A DNA stretch of 64,000 nucleotides, from contig CM060734.1 of the NCBI GenBank assembly GCA_030704615.1, positions 10,416,001-10,480,000 on the forward strand, in the 5' to 3' direction. The position numbers were made by a program, and so were the translations under genes. Of this stretch, positions 1 through 10,025 are shown one piece after another (positions within the stretch are counted from its first letter, which is position 1; each line of letters opens with the position of its first letter). Source of the stretch: Takakia lepidozioides (lineage: Eukaryota > Plantae > Bryophyta). The notes below the pieces were generated by a model. That model ran no database searches, was not told the origin of the DNA, and saw nothing but the letters and a program-made list of their open reading frames with translations.

Positions 1-162
1 TTTTGACATGTTACTTGCCAATGTGGCAACAAGAAAGTATCAAAAAATAGATAACAGAGACGAGGAGAAGCTCTGGAATGAATACGTTTCCAATCCCAGT
101 CAATGGTGGAACAACCGAGGCAAAAAGGTGTATGCCTGTTGGAAGTAGACGCAAGTCAGCAT

Positions 163-1180
163 AGGAACTAGTGTGATAAGTAGGTTGGGGTGTTTGCTGG
201 AAGAGTTCTAGGCTGTCATTGTTAACTGCTAGCAGCAAGGCAAGGATGTATGCATGATTTGTGTAGAGGCATAGAGTTGAAGGAGCAGGGGCAGCGGAAA
301 CCTTGGAGGCGCAAAGATGGTGTGTTCATGTATTTTGAAGGTATGTGTTTTGGGTCTTTTCTACTGTGTCCAGTTAGGATGTGCTTTCTTGCCATGAGGA
401 AGGCTGGGTCAAGGAGGGAGGATTCCGGCATTTGATTCAGATGTAGCAGCCTTTTTAGTACCGCTACTTTCTGGTGGCTGAGTTATGTCCTTGAAGAACA
501 GACCAAGTATTCCGACCTGTTGTCTTTCTTCTAGGGTGGGATTGAATTGTCAGGCAGGGTTTTAGGATAGAGGTGGAACAGAAAGTGATCATATGATTGT
601 TGTATGGGTATATCTCTTGTAAGCAAAGTTCTCCCTTTACAGGGATTTTAAGCATATATAGGCCACACACACACAGAGCTTTTTGATCTCCTATTTTTTT
701 AATGCACTCAAGTGATTGGTGGTATGGTGGGGACAGACAATCTGGCATGATTGTGAATCCGAAGGGAGAAACAAAGGGTGAGTGAGATGACATCAATGTA
801 CTTGGCCCATCTGTTGGAAAGGAGTGTGCAGACTTGTGGCAAGAATTGCAAGTGTTGCCAATGCTCCCCCAATGCTATTGTTTGATTACCTTCAAAGTGG
901 TTGGTTCTATGGACTCTGACCTCAGTAACAGCTTTTTCATGGGATTTTGCAGCAAAGTTATATGCACAGTTCGGAGGTTGAATACTATCTTTGTTGAGAC
1001 ATGATTAGAAAAGTTGTGATGGTTTGCATGTCATAGATTCCTGGAGAATAGGAACTAGTGTGATAAGTTGAGCTGGGTGTTTGCTGGAACAAATCTAGGC
1101 TGTCATTGTCAGCTGCTAGCAACAAGGCAAGGATGTATGCATGATCTATACAGAGGCATGGATAGCTGAAGGAGCAGGGA
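163..1180. repeat. Dispersed ~130-bp imperfect direct repeat (163-290 and 1051-1180)
   Basis: Both copies read ggaactagtgtgataagt...gggtgtttgctggaa...ctaggctgtcattgt...gcaaggatgtatgcatgat...gaaggagcaggg. The ORF track shows the similar peptides LLAVNNDSLELFQQTP and LLAADNDSLDLFQQTP. Confidence 0.7.
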
Positions 1181-1479
1181 TAGAGTGTGGGTCCAGATTT
1201 ATCCAAGAGGGCCGGACTTCAAGCTCCAGATTACCTATGATTCCCTGTGGAAGGATAGCTACAAGAAACCTGCATGGGTAGATGGTCAACTGTCCAATGC
1301 CGCAGCAGTAGCGACACAATTGATAAAATCAGGCATTGGTAATCAAGGCACCTTCTTCAACACATTTCACCCTGGTTTTCCCTCTTATCAGAATCGGCCC
1401 TAAATTTCCATGTTGAATTCTGCAACTTATGTCTGAGGCAGGGATAGCTGCAGCAAGATGAAAGTCTTGTAAGCTGGAA

Positions 1480-1860
1480 ATTAGGTGCATGCGTGTGTAA
1501 GTGTGGCAGCCTTGGAAAAGGGCAAACAGTCCATGGGAACATCATCAACGCTAGAATTGTACCAGATGTCGTTATGAACGCTGCCCTAATGAAAATGTAT
1601 GCCATATGTGGGAGCATTGAGGATGCGAAGGGGGCAATTGGTCCAATGTAACCAAACAAGATGTGGCATGTGACGATTGCAAGATGTGCAGTACACCAGG
1701 GGCGTGGGATGGAGGCTTTGGAGACCTATGATCAACAAATGATGCAGGAAGGGTTGAAGCTGGACCAGGTCATGTTTGTTTGTGTTTGTAATGCGTGTAC
1801 AAGCCTACAACAGCCCTAGAAAAGGTCAAAGCAATCCATGTTATTGATGTTGTCAGCGCT
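1480..1860 (+). pseudogene. Degenerate PLS-class pentatricopeptide repeat (PPR) gene fragment
   Basis: Manual translation gives CGSLGKGQTVHGNIINARIVPDVVMNAALMKMYAICGSIEDAK...MW..TIARCA.HQGRGMEALETY.QMMQEGLKLDQVMFVCVCNAC, matching the plant PPR consensus (NALVDMYAKCGSIEDA). It contains an in-frame stop and a frameshift. Confidence 0.75.
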
Positions 1861-2487
1861 GGAATAATACTCTGTCATTCTTCACAGAAGCATACTTGAT
1901 TTCACAAAGAAATTAATTATTATGTTTGCAAAATTCAGACTTTGCATTACATAATAGCGTTGCAGAAAGACACGTGCTTGCTTGCTTGCGGAGGTCTTGG
2001 GATGGGCCCGCACATAAGACACCCTACATGTGCCAAAAAAAATGAAGAATAGGGGCGGGCCCTTGGGGCAGGACATGCCCTCCTTGACATGTGCACCCTC
2101 TTACCCCTGACCCCTAACATCATGTGCACCCGCCCAATTTCCTATCCATACCATGGTATAGTCCTTGTTTTTGCCCATAATACGGATATTGGATGGGTAT
2201 TGCCTTGGCAATACCAGCCGGTCCGGTTATCAACCATAGTATTGGGTTATTAACCATAGTAAAAAAAGAGGTAGAAAAAAGTATGACGCCTTCCCAGCCT
2301 GTGCGGGAAGGTGGTGGTTGGGCACGATTTGGTAGCCTTTGAAGGACAGTGGCTTAACTGTGGTGACTATTGGTTGTGGGGGGGGGGGCCGGCGGTTGGG
2401 TAATAGATATATACACGATATCATAATGGAGTATGGATTGGGATCGGAGTGGCGGAGATACGTTCTCAAGGCCAGGGAGCTAGGGAG

Positions 2488-4590
2488 CTAGCTGGGCGGC
2501 GTTCTGGTGGATTGGAGAGGGAGTGCTTTGATGGGAGGCAAACCAATTGTAGCCTGGTCATGCGGTAGACGAGGTAAAACCATTTGTGTTTGATTTACAT
2601 TAGATGGAACATTAATTATACTACCACGAAGTCCATACTGTCCATACCGTTGTAATTGGTATATTTGTGCAAAAGCGATACGCGGTGCTATTAGTCTTTC
2701 TTCTAATTGGCTTAATTTATGAACAGAATCTATCGATTTATTGAGTGATATTTGACTTGGTACATGGTATTTAGGAATTTCATCCTTACCAAGTAGTAAT
2801 TTACAACTTCGACATATAAATAATTTGTTCATTTGTATTATATTTAATATCAATTTTTTCAGAATTATAAATATTAAGTTTTTTTTTGAATTTTTTTGTA
2901 AGTTTGGATATTTGTTTTTTGAAACATAGTCTATGACAACATATGCATGGATGTATTGGAATATCAAGCAAGTTTTCAGTATATTGGTATTTATGATTAT
3001 CTGATGAGTTCGAACTAATTTCTTCCTCAACATTTGAGACTGAAATTGGAGTGGAGGCAGTGTTCTTGTTACTTGGTTGTACAGTGTTTGACATATTGTC
3101 AAGTTGTATTATTGAATTATCTATATGTTTTGCAGCATTTCTTCGTTTTTGGATGATATACTTTAGGTGAGAGTAGATTTGAGAGAACGATAGTTGTAAA
3201 TTCATTTGTTGTATTGCAAAAATTTCTGCTATATGTTTGAGAGTGGAAGAAGGATAAGTTTCCATTAAATTAAACATCATATTGTCATGAATAGATAACC
3301 ATTTAAAACGTACTCGTTTAGTATGAAAGTTCATACATTCATTATTGTCTATAGATAATTGGAAATTAGTGGTTATCACTTGGTTTGCAATGTTTGGAGG
3401 AACTTCTAAACAAGTGCGATTATAGCTTTGATGGGTGTCATTTCGAGTATGTGTTGGGACCACTGTTGACATATCCTCACATATGGGACTCAATGTTGAA
3501 AGAGGAGAGATGATCGGCTCGTAATGACCATTTTTACTTGACAAAGTAGGAGAAGTATAGAAAAATATTTGAAGTGGGGTTTGCGAAACAAACTCATCGC
3601 CTGCTGATAACATAATTGTTTTTGTTGTATTTGACCAAATTAATATTCGTTTTTGCAAATAATTGGCCAAACATAATATAGCGCGATTGTCACCTTCTAG
3701 ACCCCCATTTTCAACCTTTCTCATTGTTGAATAATTGGGAGTTTAAGGCTCACGTGTGCGTAAAGGCAGCGGCAGCGGCCCACGCATACGGACGCGGGGT
3801 GGCCTCGGGTCCCCGCCCCAGACACGGCAGCCGCGCGGGGTCTGCTCAGGTAGGGTCTGCTAGCCCCTAACCCTGCGAGGGTCTGCTCAGGTAGGGTCCA
3901 CCCTCCTCCTAGGCCACGTTGGGGCTGACAGCTCCCCTTTTCTAGTATAAGCAATAAAAAAAACAGATGGAGTAGCAGGAAACAGCGGTTAGTGTGGTAG
4001 TTGGGCGCTTCGGATGGTGTTCATGAGGTTGCGGGTTCAAATTTGGCTGGTGCTGTGGTGCATTTAATGATCTGCAGTGCATTAATGATGATTTTTTTTA
4101 CAAGCGAGTTTCCCCGGAAAGTTAAGTCTCGAGAGGGCGGGGCGGTATGCGGCGGGTCTGCTGCGGCAGACCCTACCGAGTATACCCGGACCCGCGAGCA
4201 AACCCACCGGGTGGTCGGGGGCGACTCGATATTCGTGCGTCCGTGCGCTGCCTGGCCCACACGTGAGCCTTATACTTCCAATTATTCAAAAATGAGAGGC
4301 ATTTTTAACACTCAAAGCCATTCTCTCAATATATTCTTGGAAAGTATGGACGCCATGTAATTCAAAAAAGATTTCTGGAGAAAAATGTATTTGATTATCT
4401 CCAACATGTCGTTATTTGAGGTTTGATAATTTTGTAAGAAATAAGTCATGCTTTGTTGTCGCAACTCTTTGGATGCATATGCATCCTCCAATAAAAATGC
4501 AATACAGTCGAACAAACAATCACCGACGACATATGGATAATTTTTTACTCGTTCAAGATTTTTAGAATGTAAGACAAAATTTATATCCCA
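2488..4590 (-). pseudogene. Helitron/Helentron-type RepHel N-terminal relic: OTU cysteine protease domain plus DUF6570-like region; frameshifted, truncated and interrupted by a MITE
   Basis: OTU motifs VVGDCLFDCIAF (~4500-4535) and GGLEGDNRAILCLANYLQKRILIW...GHYEPI (ORF 2801-3724). CICCHR/CRSC zinc ligands. LEERLIAPRIAF..YGQYGLRGSIINVP...LPR (ORF 2488-3102) is the motif typically found upstream of the Helitron Rep domain. Confidence 0.7.
3715..4299. mobile_element. Non-autonomous MULE/MITE (585 bp) inserted in the OTU coding region
   Basis: ~40-bp TIRs tctcatt(g/t)ttgaataattgg(g/a)agt(t/a)taaggctcacgtg. 9-bp TSD cattttcaa (3706-3714) / catttttaa (4300-4308). The same TIR ends the MULE at 25812. 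Confidence 0.85.
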
Positions 4591-5321
4591 TGTTCAAAAA
4601 ATGATTTGAGAATAAACTTTTTATCTGAGTAATAAATGATTACAAGATTTTTTTTATTATGACTTATTAATTTTAGTTAGATTTGATACACTATAAATGA
4701 TATCGCATAAAAAATAGGTGGTGAACATATATTTTAATAATAATAAGATATCAAAATACAGCTCATCATGACTCAAAATTACAAATCATTAATTATATTA
4801 TATAAAGGTATATGATAAATAATAATGAAAACCTTAAGAGTATATGAATTTTAAAAAATAAATAATTTTGTAACGTAAGTATTCGTGGATGTGAAATGGT
4901 ATATAAAATTGATGGATCTAAAGGGATCTGAAGGGATCTAAGATCTGAAAAAAAAATACATACAGTTTTTTCTAAAAAATAGTTCTTCATTTGCAACTTA
5001 GTTGTTTTAAAAAAATTGCTTCTTGATTTGTATATAAAATGATGGATCTAAAGGGACTTGAAGGGATCTAAGATCTGAAAAAAACTAAAGCTTTTGAAAA
5101 GTTGGAAAAATGTGGTCATTACTACACATGGAAACTTATTTAATGATTAAATATCTAATATAAAAAAATCACCTACATTCATTTAAAAATATGTATATTT
5201 ATTAATAAATTTAAGAAAAACAGATTATTGATAAATGTGAGTACTTTATTTATGGCATAAATCTATTGATTAATTACAGTGTTTTTCCCAATAATAGGGC
5301 CCACCCTCGAAAAGGGGCACT

Positions 5322-5942
5322 TGTCAAGGACGAGAACATGACTGAAAACAAACAAGAGATTAGACTAGAGGTACAAGACTAGACAAGAAGTCAAGGTCAG
5401 CGTGGCCGAGTGCATGGTGGATAAACATGAATCAAGATGATCTTTATAACAATGGACAAGAGTACAAGATACTGGAACTCGACTCGAATACTGGAAACTG
5501 GACTGGAGTACCAGATACTGGAAACTGGACTAGATACTGGAAGCTGGACTGGAGTAGGAACAAGAGTAGCTTGAACTTGTGTTGGCGAGACTGAAGAGTG
5601 TCCAGTCTCGCCTCCTATATATACTGACTACTAAGAAGTTCCCTAAGAAGCTTTCCCTATGGAGGTTTCTTAATGGAGAAGTTTCCAAGATTAAACAAAG
5701 GTTTCTTGATGGAGAAGCTTCCTTAAACAAATGAAGTATCTTGATGGAGAAGTTTCCTCCAAAAGAAGTTTCTTGAACAGTTTCCAAGTTACTATTGATA
5801 ATTTGATAAACTCCCGGTAACTTGGTAAGTAATGGTAAATCATGGTAGATCATGGTAAATCACGGTAAATTGTGGTAACATGATAACTTGGTAACTTCTG
5901 GTATTTACTCATGGTAAGTTCCTCTGGGCTATGTCTGTGACA
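5322..5942 (-). repeat. 3' LTR of the Tcn1-like chromovirus fragment
   Basis: TGTCA...TGACA termini. A polypurine tract (minus strand GAGGGGGTGA, 5943-5952) directly abuts the LTR. Confidence 0.75.
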
Positions 5943-8252
5943 TCACCCCCTCATCTAGCGCCGAGTTCCTCGAGGAGCAGTAAAATCTTGGACTTGCTTA
6001 GAGTCGGAGAAAATCCAAAAATTCGGCGAATGGTACTTGCCAAGTATTCGGCTCTTCGTTCTTGACTCAAATGATTTATAGGTCCCTACAACCATCGATA
6101 GTGTCCAACATTTTGAACTTGGGACCACGCAGTGATTTGAGCATTCTGATTTTCGAAACTGCCTTCAAACATGATTTCGTTGCCCTTAAGGTCCGAAGCC
6201 TCAACCTCCAACAAAATTATCAGACTTCGAGTAGGCTCCACTTGCCGTCGTACGGGGTCTAGACGAGGGAGTACGCGTCGCATTGGTGGCCCATCGTCTC
6301 GAGAGCGTCGGCGTGATGTTGAAGGTCGTGAGAGTCGGAACGGCTGATCTGGTAGTTAGGTAAGCGACAACTCCAATGTATCTGGTTCCTGTGATTCCAT
6401 GTTGCCAATACAAAATGCAAGAGTGTTGGAAGTGTAGCAATATATACTGATGTATGGTGTTCCTCCCTCCTTAGCGTATATCAGGTACATTGAATGTGGA
6501 GTCTTCACCTTGAAGCTAACTTGGCTGACATCATCGTTGTGACGTCTTATTGACGTGTAGCTCGGGACTTAGCTGGATATCGTTGATGAAACTCTTGGAC
6601 TTTGTCAGATGCATTGGCGAGGTTGGATGAAGGTTCACACGTTCATTCGCTGATGTCGTAGCCTTTCCAATGTACGAAATACTCAAAACGTTTATACTTG
6701 ATGCGAGAGTCTAGGACTTCGTCGACTTCATACTCAATTTCTTGATTGACTTCAATTGGTGGAGGTGGTACGGAGACTTTCCCTGGAATATTCGATGGAT
6801 GATACAACTCCAATAATGAAACATGAAAGACTGAATGGATGCGCATACTTCGTGGGAGTTCAAGCCGAAAACTGACCGGATTTATTTGTCGAATAATTTT
6901 GAATGGTCCCAGGCGTTGATAATCCAACTTCCTTGATGGTCGCGAGGTTTGTATGTCCCGTCGAAGAAGCCACACACGATCTCCGACCTTGAACTGGGGT
7001 TGGAGTTGGCGACGTTGATCTGCATACTCATTGTATTGTTTTTGAGCTTCTGCGAGGTGGAATGTAAGCTCCTTGTGAATCGTAGCAAGATGAGTAGCAA
7101 GGTTTTCTACAGCAGGGCTTCTAATAGTCTTCATGAGGAAAGGGTTTGCTCGAGGATAATGACCATAATTGAAGAAAAATGAAGTTTGTTTGGTCGAAGA
7201 ATGTATAGTGTTGTTGTAGGCAAACTCAGCCAATGACAGAAAGTCCGTCCAATTATCTTGGTGATAATTTATCGTACAGCGAAAATACTGCTCCAAAATC
7301 TGGTTTACACGTTCGGTTTGACCATCAGTCTGTGGATGATTAGCTGTAGAGAGGTTGATCTTAGTATCCAATATGTGAAATAATCCCCTCTAAAAATTTG
7401 ATATGAACTGTGGTCCTCGATCAGATATGATATCCTTCGGGAGTCCATGAATGCGGTAGATATTATTGAGGAAGAGTCTTGCAGTTTCCTCGCCGGTAAC
7501 CATCTTATTACATAGAATGAAATGTGTCATCTTCGTAAAACGATCTACAATAACAAGGATTGAATCGGTGGTCTTGGAAATTGAAAGGTCCATAATAAAG
7601 TCCATAGACACGGACGACCATGGACCCTTGGGAATGGGTAATGGTTGAAGAAGGCCGTAAGGTCGATATCGTGGTCCCTTCGCTCTAGCACATGTGTCGT
7701 AAGATTTTATAAATTCTTTCACAAGTTTTCACATCTGCGGCCACCAATAGTCCCTGGATATCAATTCCATTGTTTTGTTGAAGCCGAAATGTCCTGCAGC
7801 CGGAAGATCATGACATGTTTGAAGAATTCGAAGTCCTGTAGGTCCTGGAGGTACATAGAGAAGTCCATTGAAATAAAATAAGTCATCTTTGAATTCGAAG
7901 TCGTTTGTAACCTGTGGGTTGTCTCGAGGTCGATTTAATTGACTTCGTAGTGTCGTAGCAAATTGGTCGATCTTCAGTGCTTCCTGAATTTCCTTTATGA
8001 TCTTTGCATCATCATAGGTAGACATAGATAGTATATTCAATTGGAGATTTGCCGGTTTCAAGATGATGGATTTATGTTGGTTGAAAGCCGTCTCCTTTTT
8101 TTTCGGCGCAAGATACGATCGTCGAAAAAGAGCATTGAAAATGTCCGGGGCGATAGGTAATAACAAATCAAACCTTGCTAGTGACATACCCCATCTGGCT
8201 TGACGTCGATTCAAAACACGAGCACTCATAAAATATTCGAGGTTTTTGTGAT
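5322..8252 (-). mobile_element. 5'-truncated Ty3/Gypsy chromovirus (Tcn1-like): end of RNaseH, integrase, chromodomain, PPT and 3' LTR
   Basis: HKNLEYF..LNRRQARW; CHDLPAAGHFGFNKT; SMDFI / SDRGPQF / HPQTDGQTERVNQ (DDE); GPF motif; chromodomain EYEVDEVLDSR..YFVHWKGY. Several stops and frameshifts. Confidence 0.9.
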
Positions 8253-8323
8253 ATCTGCCATTTTGATTTGCAGCTGTTCCATTGTGCTGATGCACCCTGC
8301 GTTGTGGCAGGTCTCATTGGAGT

Positions 8324-8806
8324 TTGGTGATTATTGATCGGGTGCTCCACGTATTCACTCATCTGAACTCAATCAAAGAGATGCACAAACCCATGGAGAT
8401 ATTGCCATGGGTTCGAAATGTGTATGGAGCATGTCTCGGCTTGGAGCCGCACACTGCGTCATGGGACGAGGCCACTGCATTCATTTTTCATGTCCCTGAA
8501 GTGCCACAGCAACCCTTCTCGTGGGAATGTGGCTTTTACGTCATGTCCTTTATCGAGGGGTTCTACGACTGGTTGACGGGCGATCGTGGCAAAGGACTTG
8601 GAGAGAGAGGAAAGCCGTTTATCTCAAAGTGGTTTACATTTCGCTATGCTTGCAGGCAACGCCTAAAGTGTGTTGAGTACATTTTGGAAGCACTCAGTAC
8701 TATGGAGAATGTAGTTGTAGAAAGGCAGTTGTCATCTAGGAAGATGTCGGACGTGTCAGACTCTTCCGATGTCCGGATTATTTCATCTAGGCCGGGCAAT
8801 AAATGA
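8324..8806 (+). pseudogene. Ulp1-like (C48) cysteine peptidase C-terminal fragment, accessory gene of the MULE
   Basis: VPQQPFSWECGFYVMSFIE matches the PQQ.N..DCG.YV catalytic motif. It is convergent with the MULE transposase, an arrangement known for Ulp1-carrying MULEs. Confidence 0.7.
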
Positions 8807-9237
8807 AAATTTACTCATGTGGTCTGTGGTGCAGGTCTGTTCATTTTTATATATGATGTGTCTGTCACTTTTGTGGATCATTTCATTAGTCTGCTGTCGT
8901 GGTCTACTGCTAAACATTTCTGGTCGATGTTTTGTATTGAGTAGTGCTCCACGTGGTCTGGCAGTACTCCTGGTCGTGGTCTGCTGCTGAACTGATGTTA
9001 TTGGTCTACTACTTCCACGGAGTTGAGTGTACTGTCTTGGTCTACCCCTGTACTGTATTGGTCTGCTTCATGTGGTCTGTGGTGCATGTCTGTTCATTTT
9101 TATATATGATGTACACTTTTGTGGAACATTTCATTAGTCTGTTATCGTGGTCTACTGCTTAACATTTGTGGTCGATGTTTTGTATTGAGTACTGCTCCAC
9201 GTGGTTTGTTGGTGAACCGATGTTATTGATCTCTCGC

Positions 9238-9324
9238 TGTCGTGCGCATACGTATCGCTACACAACTACATCGTTGTCCAAACCACACCACACATATATG
9301 CACAATAAAGTAGTCTGCCACAAT
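9238..9324 (-). repeat. Terminal repeat segment A, outer copy (87 bp)
   Basis: tgtcgtgcgcatacg...gtctgccacaat, repeated at 9682-9767, 28650-28736 and 29094-29180. Confidence 0.95.
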
Positions 9325-9679
9325 GATAAGAAAGCTAAAAGACACACTGTTCACACAAGAAACAACATGAATCCAACAGCATCACTCTTTAAAATAGAAG
9401 TCGAGCCAGGGGCACCCCAAGCTATGGGGACTCCACCCCACAACAACCTATCCTCCCATCATAAGCACACTCAGCTTCTAAACGCATGAAGGAGCTCGGT
9501 CGCGCAGGCTCAACTCGAGAGAGATGAGCTGCGTGACTGCCGCTCTCGTGAAGATAAGACGGGTCAGGTGTCAAACTAAACTTGACACCTGATTTAACAC
9601 TTGACCTAAATCCAAGTGTTAAATACAAATAACTAGCTTTATTCTAGCTAGTTTCACACTGTGCTTATTTAACTTGACA
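9324..9679 (-). repeat. Terminal repeat segment B, 3' copy (356 bp)
   Basis: Near-identical to 20925-21280; only one substitution was noticed by eye (ESGSHAA vs ESGSRAA in the ORF track). Confidence 0.95.
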
Positions 9680-9681
9680 GT

Positions 9682-9767
9682 TGTCGTGCGCATACGTATC
9701 GCTACACAACTACATCGCTTCCAAACCACACCACACATATATGCACAATAAAGTAGTCTGCCACAAT
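9682..9767 (-). repeat. Terminal repeat segment A, inner copy (86 bp), immediately downstream of the PPT
   Basis: Separated from B by the 2-bp spacer in ttGACA-gt-TGTCgt. Confidence 0.95.
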
Positions 9768-9776
9768 CGCCCCCCT
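9767..9776 (-). promoter_or_regulatory. Polypurine tract (AGGGGGGCGA)
   Basis: Plus-strand tcgcccccct abuts inner segment A; identical in copy 2 (29180-29189). Confidence 0.7.
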
Positions 9777-10025
9777 AGCTGGTGGATAGGTCCCTCTAAC
9801 TCCAGATAGCTACAAGATGTAATAGCCACAGCCGTACTAAGTCCTCTATCACTGTCCCTATCGTGCTCAAACTCTATCAACCAAGAGGCCGGGTACAAGA
9901 GTAGCCCCATCGTTAGTCGCCGTCTTGCAATCTGTGAACTTGAGCCAAGATCTCGTGTGTTCAAGGTCTCATAGTAGCTTGGCCTTGCATTTCTTGTTAG
10001 CCTTCCATGGTTGTATCCACTCCCA

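Noticed and set aside
3985-4053. Functional tRNA gene
   Set aside because: Only box A/B-like motifs; I could not fold a convincing cloverleaf and it lies inside a MITE.
9238-9767. A-B-A as a solo LTR nested in another small element
   Set aside because: An 87-bp duplication is too long for a TSD, the PPT abuts A, B matches the 5' end of the same element, and the arrangement recurs in copy 2.
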